DNA of 63,454 nt from Microthyrium microscopicum. Lineage: Eukaryota. The stretch lies in the NCBI GenBank assembly GCA_010405405.1, contig MU004231.1:248001-311454 (forward strand), in the 5' to 3' direction. Of this stretch, positions 12,235-23,921 are shown piece by piece. Position 1 is the stretch's first letter; every line of letters starts with the position of its first letter. Position numbers and translations under genes: made by a program. The notes under the pieces are model-generated. The model had not been told where the DNA came from and made no database searches. It worked only from the letters and a program-made list of their open reading frames with translations.

Positions 12235-12953
12235 ACCCGAAAGTGAACTCAATATCTTGTGCGACAACAAGGGGGGGAATTTCGATGGACAACAACCCGT
12301 GGTCAACCTTGACAAGCAGACTTCCTATCAAACGACCTTCAATCCTACTTTATCTACTGCCGCTCCATAGTGGAACTCTCCAACAGTCTCGATTGTTCTC
12401 ATTGTCAGCGCGGCAACAAAAATCAGAAGAAACAAAGAATCCAGCGGAACCCCAAGCGCTTCCTCATTTAACTCCGAATGGTGAAGCGCACATGGTCCGC
12501 GTAAGCGATAAACCCATCACCCTCCGTCGAGCAATTGCTATAGGCCATGTATCATTCAGCGATTCAAACACCATCAAACTCATTGAAAAGGCTCTCATAA
12601 AGAAAGGAGATGTGCTAGGAACAGCTCGTCTGGCCGGTATAATGGCAGCAAAGAATTGTCCTTCTCTGATACCTCTTTGTCACCCCATTGTTCTCAGTGG
12701 CGTGCAAGTCGATGTCAAATTACTTGAACCTACAAACAAATTGTTGCAAGGTGGCGTATCAGTGAAATCTGAGGTCGAGTGCGTGGGTCAAACGGGTGTC
12801 GAGATGGAGGCTTTCACTTCAGTGACTGGCGCTCTGCTTACGGTGATTGATATGGTTAAGAGCGTGGATCGAGGAGCCAGGATTGAAACTGTCCGTCTGG
12901 TCTTGAAAGAAGGTGGCCGTAGTGGTTTATGGAAGGATTCGAACAAAGCATAG
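12235..12953 (+). CDS. cnxABC: Cyclic pyranopterin monophosphate synthase (MoaC/MOCS1B) domain; terminal exon of a ~691-aa MoaA-MoaC fusion
   Basis: LPHLTPNGEAHMV, KKGDVL, LIPLCHP, TGVEMEA, DMVKSVD and KEGGRSG MoaC motifs. Preceded by GCTAAC..CAG acceptor ending 12234, in frame with a GTGGGT donor at 12062. Confidence 0.92.
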
Positions 12954-13496
12954 AAGATGCTTGATGACATTCTCCCTTTGCCGCTTCCCAAGACTGGAAT
13001 CTCACGATACACCCCAGGTGCCTTGGAACTACCTACTGCATGCGTTGCCACGAGTCTTTGGTATAGAAGGAGTACCACAAGTCGCAACTGCGATATGAAT
13101 AACATTGTACCTGGAGTATGAGGAAGTGACAACCACCTGAATACACGCTACCCAGGTGCTCCTGCCTCAAAGATTTTTTCGAGCCACCTCAAAACAACAA
13201 TAGTCACTGAGCTTTCACCATTGAACCTACCAAGACCCATTGAAGCAGTCACTATTCTCAATCTTCACTGGCATCATTCACTTGTTGGCCCCTCGCCTGT
13301 TTCTCAATCCTTAAATTCAAATCCATTCCTTCGTTTCTTTCTTCCTCTCCTCTTTCTTCCAAGACTCACCACCCACACTGCCTTTCGATACCCTCTACAA
13401 TATCCAAAGCCAGTAACTGAGCACCCCGTTTTCATCAATAACATCATCAACAACATTCCCTCTTATACTACCATCCATCCCTCTACCATCATCAAA

Positions 13497-16022
13497 ATGG
13501 TTACCATCACCGAAGAACTCGTCTCTGACTACGTCGCCTACCAATCCTTCTTGGAAGGCATTGGCTGGCTTATCCTACTCTCCTACCTCATCATGAATTG
13601 GATCGATGCTGTCGCTCTTGCGCGCGAAAAGAATCCACCACCTCCCACATCCGAGGAGACCGCCTTCCAAGTTGAGGAGCTTGAACGCAAGCTGAAGCAA
13701 GAGACAGCTGAAAAGCAAAAGGCTCTCAACGACAAAGTCAAGGCGCAGAAAGAAGCCAAAGAGTTGGAAAAGTGGAATTTGCAACTGCGAAAAGGACTCA
13801 CAGCCAAAGAACACGAACTGATTCGTTCTACTGCCTATCTCCGAACGTCTCAAAATGAGAATGAGCAGCTAGCTGCCAAACAAATCACCTCCCCCTCCCC
13901 TGACTTCGAAGCGAAACTCAAGAAAAATTATGAGCTTCTCTTGCGCAAAGACCGTGAAAACGCTGAACTTCATGGCGAACTTCAAGATACCCAGTCACAG
14001 ATCAAGGAGTTGAACATACGCCTCAATACAGCAAATCAGCGCATTGAGGATCTCGATAACAAGCCATCGCCTGCGAAAATGTTGCAGATTGAGGCTAAAC
14101 CCACCGAAAAGGATGAGATAATTTCTCAAAAAGATCGTGAGATTGGAATACTATGCATGGAGCTACAAACCGTCAAGTCACAATTCAAGATCCTTGAAAA
14201 GCGCTTCACTTCAGCAAAACAAGATGATCGCAAGGCCAAACAAGGCAAACATTCTCTCTACACTCGGCGAGCCCGCATTGCTCAAAAGAGCAGCACCTCT
14301 CCAGAACCTGTCATCGCTGCCAAGGTTCCCGAAGCTTTCACTAGCAAGCCAACTTTTTCCGCATTCAATGCCGAAACGGAGGCTGCTCTGGTGGCGGCAA
14401 AGAAGGAACTTGCGACCGTCAAAGAGGGAGATGCCAAAACCAAAGTGGAACTCGCGAACGCTCAAAAAGTTCTCAGCGACTGCCGGGAGGCTCTTGTCAA
14501 ATCCCAAGAAGCTCATGGTCAGTCCGAGCAAGAGCTCGCCAATCACAAAGTGGTCGTTGACCAAAACAAGAAAGACCTTGAGCAAGGCAAGAAGGACCTC
14601 GCTGAAGCTCTGGAAGCCAAGGCTGGCAATTCAAGCCACTTGGAGATTGCTCTTGCGCAAAAGGACATTGATCTTGAACAGAAGGAGAAGGCTTTGGTTG
14701 AAAAACTCCGGGAAGTCGAGTACTTGAGCTCTGAGCTCAAGTCCAAGAACGAGGCATTTGCCTCCCTAGACAAGGCTCTGAACGAAAAGAATCAGGAGGT
14801 CGACTACTTGAGCTTCGAGCTCAACTCCAAGAAGGAGGTAGTCGCATCCCATGAACAGATGATTCAAGACTTGCAAAATCGGCAAGGGCCTGAAATTCCC
14901 CAAGGCATGCAGCTTCTGCCAGAGCATGTTGTTGAAAAAGCCAACAACGATTACAACAACATGAAGGCTCAATTCACCAACCTTGAACAGGCTTACGATG
15001 TCCAAAAGAACACCATCGCCTCGCTCCAAACACAATGCCGAGATGCCTTTTCTGCGGGTGAAAATAGCGAGAACAATAACACTTCTCGCTACTACAAGTT
15101 GAACCAGGATCTAAATGACCAACTTCATAAATCCAACATCTCCGCGCAGAATTTGGACATTGATAACCAAAACCTGCGACGGGAGATTGAGGATTTGACC
15201 ACCCAGTTGGAGGAGCGTCGTCGCCCAATCGAGAAGAAGCCTGTGGGCGATCTATCCATATGGACCAACCTTGGCAGCTCAGTGAGCAGCAGCCCAGTGA
15301 CCCCTACGTCTACATATGACCAAAATGCCTTGAATGCTGCCGAATCTGAAATCAAAGAGCTCAAGAAGCAGCGCAAGGCGGCGAAACAGGAGATCAAGGT
15401 ACTCAAAAAGCAAGTCGAGCATTACAGTCTGGAAGTCGCAATGATGACACAAATAGACGAGGACATTGAGAAGAACGGTGGCTCGCATGAGTTGAATTTG
15501 GCAAAGGCGCACGAGGCGATGTACAAGACCCGCGACGAAGCAACTCAGAAGGAGATTGAAGAGGTCAAGGAGGACTTGAAAGGTGTCCATTTGCAACTCG
15601 AAATGAAGGAGCAGCACATCAAGGAGCTCTACCGCGAGAAGAAGGCAATGGAGGAGCAAGTCGACAATATGACTTTCGAAAAACAAATGTTGGAAGGTCT
15701 TCAGGCTACTCCTGAGGCAAATGAGTTGCAGCAAGCTCGTCTTGAGAAGGAGATGTACAAGACCCGCGATGACGCCACACAGAAGGAGATTGAGAAGATC
15801 AAGGGGTATTTGAAGACGCTCGGTGAGAAAGTTACTGAGAAGGAAGACAAGATCAATGAGTTGATCTTTGCTATGGCGGACTTTGAACAGCACAAGATGG
15901 TGTGTCAGCAATATCAGCAGGATCAGTGGTACACAGGTATGCAACTTCGCTTTGAGGAAGCTAAACAAGCCATGGTAGACAATCTTGCTGACGATGACAC
16001 AGGAAATAAGCCGAGATATTAA
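13497..16022 (+). CDS. Membrane-anchored long coiled-coil protein (~841 aa)
   Basis: 2.5-kb single-exon ORF (ATG at 13497 in CAAAATGG); one hydrophobic segment (GIGWLILLSYLIMNWI) then E/K/Q/L-rich heptads; internal duplications such as MYKTRD[ED]ATQKEIE twice. Confidence 0.8.
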   Translation: MVTITEELVSDYVAYQSFLEGIGWLILLSYLIMNWIDAVALAREKNPPPPTSEETAFQVEELERKLKQETAEKQKALNDKVKAQKEAKELEKWNLQLRKGLTAKEHELIRSTAYLRTSQNENEQLAAKQITSPSPDFEAKLKKNYELLLRKDRENAELHGELQDTQSQIKELNIRLNTANQRIEDLDNKPSPAKMLQIEAKPTEKDEIISQKDREIGILCMELQTVKSQFKILEKRFTSAKQDDRKAKQGKHSLYTRRARIAQKSSTSPEPVIAAKVPEAFTSKPTFSAFNAETEAALVAAKKELATVKEGDAKTKVELANAQKVLSDCREALVKSQEAHGQSEQELANHKVVVDQNKKDLEQGKKDLAEALEAKAGNSSHLEIALAQKDIDLEQKEKALVEKLREVEYLSSELKSKNEAFASLDKALNEKNQEVDYLSFELNSKKEVVASHEQMIQDLQNRQGPEIPQGMQLLPEHVVEKANNDYNNMKAQFTNLEQAYDVQKNTIASLQTQCRDAFSAGENSENNNTSRYYKLNQDLNDQLHKSNISAQNLDIDNQNLRREIEDLTTQLEERRRPIEKKPVGDLSIWTNLGSSVSSSPVTPTSTYDQNALNAAESEIKELKKQRKAAKQEIKVLKKQVEHYSLEVAMMTQIDEDIEKNGGSHELNLAKAHEAMYKTRDEATQKEIEEVKEDLKGVHLQLEMKEQHIKELYREKKAMEEQVDNMTFEKQMLEGLQATPEANELQQARLEKEMYKTRDDATQKEIEKIKGYLKTLGEKVTEKEDKINELIFAMADFEQHKMVCQQYQQDQWYTGMQLRFEEAKQAMVDNLADDDTGNKPRY

Positions 16023-16674
16023 GCATCGCCCATTGTGGGAAGTCGACGGAGACGGTCTTCACTAGGCGTTTGTGGTCCTGCCTTGTACTTCTTCGTGAGC
16101 TCACTCTTCGGGTTTGACGCTCCTGCGGTACTTGGCGGTCGACGACATGCTCAGTGGGGACTAGTCTTGGTTGACGCAACTGCTCGGGTGGTTTGAATCA
16201 TTGGGGCAAGAAGAGTGGTTTTAGCGAGCATTAGATTCCTCTTATAGCAGCAACATCAATGAATTCCTATATTGATGATTGAAGTTGATGGTTTGACCAG
16301 TAATATCTCGTATAACTCCATCCCGTGAATCCGCTGTAGTATTGTATCATAGTATACGCTTATCAGTTGTCATCGACTTCAATATTATGGCGGTCGACGA
16401 CTTCCTTCGAGATCTCGCGATGGCGTTGGTGTTGAGTCTGAACCCTGCGCTAGTCCAAATCAGAGCTAGTGTTGCTTCGATGTTTACATTCTCCTTTTCA
16501 CAAGACCGCTGCTAAACCTCTTACCATCTTTGCTCAACATAGTCCTACTGAGAAGGATTACACCATCAGGGAGACTTCATTGAATTCATACAAGACGCAA
16601 CATTTCTCGAATTGACCACGCGCAGATATTCATAATGTATCCCACCTGGCGTATAACCAGGACTACTCGTTCAG

Positions 16675-17306
16675 TCACGGATAACCGCCGCTGGCCTTTT
16701 CTTTGATGCCGCTCTGCATGGAAGTAATAACTTGCGCTCCAGTAATGTACTTGCGGAAGTCATCGGCGTTGATGCTATACACTACGGAACAAACGTTGGC
16801 AATCGACGTGATGGCGCTGTCACTCACAGGGTTGGTGTTGGCTAGGACTTCCGCGTGATTGAAGCTACAGACGAGACCGAGCACGGCGAATGTCGCAGTA
16901 CTGAGTGCCGTTGATAGAATCGGACTGGCGGATTGGCTCGTCCCTGAAACAAAGCAGGGGAGGAGCTTGGAACTTGCTGATCTGTACTGTTGGTGGACCT
17001 GACGGGTAAAGATTGGCATTCAGAGGTAAATCCTGGACTTGACAGGACCGATGAACTTGAACTTGGTGAGAAGCTGGTCGACAGTGACGAGTTCGAAATT
17101 AGCAAAGCCCCTAGACTTTGTGTACTCCCCTGGAAAGAATTGACGGAGTTCCTAAACGCAGACGATTGTAGACAAAGAATCTATTCTGTTGGTCGAGCTC
17201 GTGTTTGACTGCGAGTTCGGACTTGTTGATTTAGATGAAGAACTCGGTTCAATAGCTGGACTCGAACTCGTTACAGATGGAGCTGAAAGAGATTGGGAGT
17301 TGCCAT
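16675..17306 (-). pseudogene. Possible decayed Ser/Thr-rich protein gene
   Basis: Ser/Thr-rich coding-like text hops between frames with stops (SLSAPSVTSSSPAIEPSSSSKSTS / NSSLSTSFSPSSSSSVLSS / SGTSQSASPILSTALSTAT). Confidence 0.25.
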
Positions 17307-18639
17307 GCGTCGCGTCACAGGAAGAACATGGTTACATGTAGTATTAGAATGATTCACTGAACCATGATTTGTGTGATCGATTCCGAATTTGCACTACTAG
17401 ATGTAGAGCTTATGCTCTATGCGCCAATGCCAGACTCGCTCGGATTGCCCCTTGGAAGTTGAAGCAGGACTGATGCTCACCAGATGCTACGATCACATCT
17501 CCAAGCTCTTTGATACCATCTCCCATCAAATACAGCACTTCTTTTGATAATATCATCCTTCACTCATGCATTGCTTGAGATAAAATTGAGCCTAGAAAGC
17601 GCTCAGAGAGCGTGGTTGCATCCTACATTTGAGAAATGTAACTCTCTTTCCCTGTGTCGTTGCCGGCCGCAGTGCTATGACTGTACCAAAGGCAGTAGTT
17701 ATGCCAGCCAGCAGTAGCACTGAAGAATCGAGTCCAGCCAAACTTAGCCAAAAGACATCCCCAAAGGACATAACAGGAACGTCAGACTTCCCAGCGCCAG
17801 TATTTTCTCAACCTAATCCACAACCAAACCAACGACGTCGGCGTAACATACACACCTCTCAACAACATCTCCTAGTCAATAGTTGTCCAAATCCAAATAA
17901 CCAGCATCTCCGACATCCGCGCCTTCCAAAAACGCTCTCTCCCGGCGCGGGCCATCAAGGCCAACCTATAACTTCTCTGACTGTGGACGCAACGGGCGCC
18001 GAAACTTTTTAGTTTGCGCACGTTTCAGCTGGCGACACGGCCATTAGCTAGAGCTTTATCCAGGTTGACCGAGTGTGTAGAGTTGATCTTCAGATGGCCA
18101 GTTTTAAGGTCAGGGTGGATAATGGTGGGACAGACGGATCTGAATGTTCTGCATTCGACGGACTTTGCTTCGTATATATGTGCGGGTAGTACGGCGTGTT
18201 ATACATATCTTGGATGATTGAGTGTGTAAAGTCATAGAAGGCAACTATCTGTTGATTCAGCTCCTCACAAATGAATTAATTTTCGCTTTTCGTAATTCCT
18301 TGTCCAGTGATGAGGACCCCGTCGTGTCTTTGAATATTTCAAATGCTGATATCATATGAACGATCAATCTCCCATGTCATGCGATGGGAGCCACAAGCGA
18401 CTTTAATTGCCAGTAAATCCGATGGTCAGAATGATATATTCCCCTACAACCCCTCGAAACGGCATTATACCACATCCTCCCGACATAATCATACAATCAT
18501 GAGTCCATAACAATACATGTACGCTTCCAATCCACTCCCAAGCCCAATTCAAAACGCCCATCAACATGCCAATTACTTACACATACACCACCACCATCTT
18601 ACACCAAAATTATCTCCAAGCCATGGTAGGACCACTCTT

Positions 18640-19955
18640 CTAAATTAGCCCACCAAGCACGACTTTACCCACACCGGATATCTCGCCCTTGACGCCCTCT
18701 CTACACCGCTCTTCAAACTCCTTGACAACCCCACTGACTATTATTTTGCGTACGCGCGAGTCCACTTTCGTGAATAGCTCGCCTACGCCCGTGCCCGTCC
18801 CACAAACCTCCGGACTATTCACCAGCGCCGTGACGCGCGAGTAACAATCTATGAGGACATCACACAACGTCGCAAACGTTTCGAAAAAATCCGGATCAAA
18901 GGGCAGCGGCGGCGTGAGTAAATGCGTATAAGACGTATCCTGCGGCAGCAACAACTCCGCCTGTGCCGCTACCGCTCCTCCTCCGCCGTTTGGCATGCCA
19001 TTCACATCTTCCTGTCCGGGTGGCGCAGATTCAGTTAATCGTCGCGTTTTTGCGGCGGATGTGCCGCGTTTAAACATGGACGGTATACGAGCGCGGCTTA
19101 GCGAGGAGGAGGAGCCGTCGGGCGGATGCATTGCTTGGTATTGCTCGAATTCGCCGAGGAGAGCATTTAGGGCGCGTAGATATTCGGTGGGTGTTTGGGA
19201 ATTTAGGTCTAATATCATGGGGAGGGAGAAGCCGAGGAGCAGATAGTTTTGGGCGCGGCGGGCGAGGCGGGGAGGGGAGAAGTAGGGGAGTTTGAGGAGT
19301 TCGGGTTTTGTGTAGAGGAGGGTGTTGAACCAGTATACGCGGCCTTCGTGTCTACAGAGTAATGGTTAGAAGGTGGGCGGAGAACAACGTTATATGAAAT
19401 GGAGACATACGATTTCCGTAGATAGTCGAGCGTAGATATTCGTTTGGTGGCTGTGTCTAGTATGTGTTGGTATACTGCTTGCGCGCTTTGTTGGCCACCT
19501 GTTGTGACTATTTGGGCGGGTGGTCCTAGTACACCATTGCCATAGGACATTGTCCTCTGGAGTCCTGATTGTGCCAGCTTCACGGAGGCCTTGCGGCTAG
19601 GCTCCGCCGGTGAGTTATGTGATTTTGAAGAAGGAAAAGTGCTTGATTGGCCAAGCCTGGAGGGTGTATGACCTGAACTAGATTGTCCTTTGCCAAATGA
19701 AGATCGTAAACTAAGCGAGCGCTTTATGGTCGCAGGGAAGTCGATCTGAGAGGTTCGCGAAAAGCTTCGACGATGGGATGAGCGGTGGGAGGAGGTGGTT
19801 GATGCAGAAGGCGGGGATGAGCCAGAATTAGATTGCGAATGAGAAGAATGGCTTCCAGGACGAGATGAGGATAACGAGCGATCGTGAGAGGCAGATGGAC
19901 GGTGGAAGAAGGAGGTGGGGGAGAGGAGAGAGTTAAGACTGTTGGAAGTCGGCAT
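18640..19955 (-). CDS. Conserved-looking fungal hypothetical protein (~418 aa); exons 19955-19411, 19351-18640
   Basis: 59-bp GTATGT..CTAAC..TAG intron joins YQHILDTATKRISTLDYLRKS to HEGRVYWFNT; C-terminal LPFDPDFFETFATLCDVLIDCY; Ser-rich N-terminus. Confidence 0.85.
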
Positions 19956-20769
19956 TGGCCCCGCGAGCCCTCTCTCACGCTACCTGGGCTTGGTGGTGGT
20001 ATGTGTTATGTCCCCCTGCCGAGATGGCATACAAGCGGGCGGATGTGTGATTCAGGGGATACGGTATCGCTGAAACAATTGACAAGGCGATAATCGCGTA
20101 GGCGCGCGTGGAGTCGCAATGCCAATCCTTGGTGGAGTAGATGGTGTTCAAAGTTAAGAGTGGTCGTAGGATTGTAGAGTTTAAAAGGTTAGGAGACGTT
20201 GAATCCACTTTTCTAGTTGGATAAACGTTAAAAAGTGTGTCGCTGGATTTTGAGGATCTAACCAGACAAAGAAGAACAAGGGCCTTGAAGCTGTAAAGGG
20301 GATGGTGCCAGATGGAGAAATGGTCGATGGTTGGTCAACTCGGCGCGGTGCAGATCGACTTTGGAGATGGGCCCCTGAGATGCGCCAAATCGCGAACTAC
20401 GGAACTACTACACGTGCTCGCCGTTGCAGATCCAACTACTATCGTGGATCTCTCGTGGCTTGCGATCTCGTAACGATCTGGGGTATCGAGGTAATGTTGC
20501 AGGCTGGGTTGGAGTCGAGTTTTGCCGTAGTAATACAATGATGCTGATTGCGATCAGAGAGAATAGCCAGTTTTGACGGGAATCATGTCAGACGGACAAC
20601 GGTGATAAGCGATTGCGCTATATGTATGGGAATAATTATCCATTCTCGTCCTCAATCACCTCTAGTCCATTGCTAACCAGCCAATTCTCGTTTCCCATAT
20701 TTCTCGAGTAACACCAAAAAGCCTAATCAAGCCAGTCATCAAACTCAACACCAAGCTTTACAACCAACC

Positions 20770-21971
20770 ATGACCACCAAAGTCCTCCTCTTTGGTACCG
20801 GTGGCGTCGGAGCAGTTTATGCCTACTTCCTCGAAAAAGGTGGAGCCTCTGTAACTGCAGTCTGTCGCTCCAACTACGAAGCTGTCCTTCAAAATGGTAA
20901 GATTTCTCCGTACGTATACAACACCATGGTTGGTGATGTCTGTCCGATATCGCGGAAGCACTAGGAGGCCCTTGATCCCATTTTGATGCAACTATAGCAT
21001 TCCATAACTTCCAAGACGTGTTATAAAAGCCTACTTTTGGAACTAGCAGCCCCTAAATTCTCCTTGAAGCCCATATCAACTACAACATGATCAATATAAT
21101 TCCATACTAACACCCTCCAGGCATATCCATCGACTCCGCCCTCTTCGGCCAAGTAACCGCTCATCCCAGCGTCGCGCGCACCGCCGCCGAAGCTCAAAAA
21201 GCCCATGGCCCATTCGACTACATCGTCGTCTGCGCCAAAGCCTTTCCAGAAATTCATACTTTGATATCAGCCGCCGTCTCCCCCAAGACGGCCATAGTCC
21301 TCTGCCAAAATGGCATCAACATTGAAGCCCCCTACGCCGCCGCCTACCCATCAAACACCATCATATCCGGCGTCGTTTACTTGCCCGTGACACAAACGCG
21401 ACCTGGCCATATACGAATGGGTCCTCTGCAAAAACTGCACATCGGCCCATTTCCAGCACCAGGCACACCAAGCGCACAAGAACAGACGCAAAAATTTGCA
21501 AAAATCTTTGAAGCCGGCGGCGGCGTAATCCACGTCCACCCCGACGTGCAAACCCAACGCTGGCTCAAACTAGCACTAAACTTCGCCCTAAATCCCATGT
21601 GTGCACTAACCCGCCTCGACGACGCAAACATGTATCGCTCCTCCGCCACCATGCCCAAAGCCATACTAGACGTAATGACCGAACTCACCACAGTAGCGCG
21701 CGCAGCCGGCTACGAAGTTTCCCTCGAATTAATCCAAGAGCAGTTGAGCCGCACGAAAGAACGGCAAGAGACTGGTGGCAAAGAACCGAGTATGTTGACG
21801 GATGTGAGAGAGAATCGGGCATTGGAGGTTGATGCGATATTGGGGAATGCGGTGACGATTGCGAGACAGTTGGGGCTGGAGACGCCGAGGATGGATTTGC
21901 TGTATGCGTTGGCGCAGGGGTTGAGTTATTCGATTGCGCCGGATGAGCGGTTTAGGCCGTTGGGGATGTAG
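20770..21971 (+). CDS. Ketopantoate reductase (ApbA/PanE-family) oxidoreductase (~325 aa); exons 20770-20896, 21121-21971
   Basis: Rossmann FGTGGVG, VCRSNY, DYIVVCAK, LCQNG, RWLKLALNFALNP, KEPSMLTD, LEVDAILGN; 224-bp GTAAGA..CTAAC..CAG intron. Confidence 0.92.
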
Positions 21972-22209
21972 TGAACAGTGCGTAGGAGAGAGAAGGTAGA
22001 CATTAGAATAGATTGTTAGATACATTATTTGAGTATCTAGATACGTATATAGACTTTTGTCTATGGTATAGACGAAATTACCAGGGAGCATTGCTTCATA
22101 TATCCATAAGCCCAAAGTCCATCAAAAGAAACATTGAAATCCATGCCGTGTTGGTATCGTGCAGTGCCCAACTCCCAAAATATGTGGACAAAATCAAAAG
22201 AAACAATGT

Positions 22210-23921
22210 TCATACATCATGTTCCGGCAAGTCTTTTGTCGTTGTCGTTACGCGTGTCTTGTCATGCCATGGGAACCTCAGATTATCTTGATCGGAGAAA
22301 TCCTCATCATCCTCCTCTTCAGCAAGAACAACCTCATCCCTGCTAGTCGCTCGATGCCAACTATTCTTGGTACTTGGCCTCGAAGTTGGTGATGAAGACA
22401 CCTCACATATTTCAATGACTGGTGTCTGCTTCTTAAACCGACTGAACAGTTCTCGTCTGGAAATGACAGCGTAGACTAGAGCATTGAAGAAGCCTTGTAA
22501 TGGAAGGACTACGGCGGCAGCCATGCAGAGTCCGAAACTGATCTTGCCATCGCGAACGATGCTGTAGACCCGATTCATGGTGCTGGGTATCCACATGGTA
22601 AGCATGATGAGGTAGAGAAGAAAGGCTAGCTTTGCATATGTCCTTGCGCCACGGTTCATTTGAGAGGACATTCGCTTTGAGGCACTGGATTTCGGGGGTG
22701 TGGGGGTAGTTGATCGACTGTAGTTGGACAGAGCGGAGGTGATACGAATGACGGGGGATGATGGGCTGGTGTAGATGCTGGTTGTCACAAGACGAGGTAC
22801 CAGCCGGCCTTCGTTTGATGGGGAAGGGGTGTTGTTACGCGAGCTTGTGGTGTGTACGTCCTGAGCTGGCGGTGAAGATGGTGGAGTCAGGGCAGTTGCC
22901 GCGCCAGGAACCGCCGTGCCGTCACCAAAGCCTGGGACTCGAATTGGTATGAATCGAGCAGTGCTGGGTCGCTGGATGGTAGAGATTGAAGGCCGAGTTT
23001 CGGTCAGTGTTGATGAAGTGACTGATTGAATATCGCAGGATGGGTCTCGAAAGTCGGAACATTGTGAGATTTCAGTCCGAGTTACGATATCCAGTTTTGG
23101 ATTATAGTATTCTTCTTCCTCTTCACGGATATCTGGTAGTTCGGGCTCGTGATGTGATAATTGATTTCTCATCAGGCGATTGCGAATCTGTCCTTTTTGG
23201 ATGCTACGACCGGTGACACCATAAAGTATCATGGTCAGAGTTATAACTATCCAGACAGGGCCGTAAAATGTGGATAGTCGTAGTTTGTCGTGCTTTGCTG
23301 AAATCCAGCACCATAGCTATTGGAATCAGTACAATGTAGATGAAAAAGCTAGGCCCATCTTACCGTGGCGTTTCCATAATAATCAGTCCCTCTAGTCACG
23401 TCCAATCCCAGATAAGTTAAAGCTGGGACGGCTGGAACTCCATAACAGAATAGGAAGTACCACTTTTCTAATTTCTGAAGATCCACATTCATTCTGGTGG
23501 TATTGAACGTGAGAAACACATTCACTGCCATGCAGAACGTCCAAAGACAATCAGCAGGTATAAACCCATTCCAAACATCAGTTATGGACAAAAGATTTGA
23601 GGATTTCACTTACCACTGAACAAAAGTTGCTTGAGCCTTGCAGGTAGATGAGTGTACCCCAGCTCTGATCCCAAGGGGTCCGATCAAGGTTGCGACATTC
23701 GACATCAGATTGCCCCAAGAGGCAAGGAATATCAGGCGATTGAACTTCCTTACGCGCAAGGATTCCATGCACATGAAAGTGCTGATAATCAACACGCATC
23801 CCAAGACTGACAATACAGACATCGTCCGCTCGACATACTCTAGTGCTTGAGTCTGAGACGTGCTGAGTTTATTTGAGCCTGATGCTCGAGGAAAGAGGAC
23901 ATTCTCGAGTAAAGTCGACAT
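22210..23921 (-). CDS. cAMP-receptor-like (Dicty_CAR-type) GPCR (~538 aa); exons 23921-23614, 23565-23364, 23316-22210
   Basis: ERTMSVLSVLG, NRLIFLASWGN, CKAQATFVQW-FIPADCLW, YYGNAT-LWCWIS, FYGPVW, WIPSTMNRVYS, LPLQGFFNALVY. Intron 1 has a non-canonical GG acceptor (see findings). Confidence 0.85.

Noticed and set aside
13575..15968. Several antisense ORFs (up to 229 aa) opposite the coiled-coil gene; similar ones opposite other genes
   Set aside because: Shadow ORFs caused by codon bias of the real gene.
20897..21120. 224-bp intron of the ketopantoate reductase gene as a snoRNA host
   Set aside because: No convincing C/D or H/ACA boxes or stems seen.
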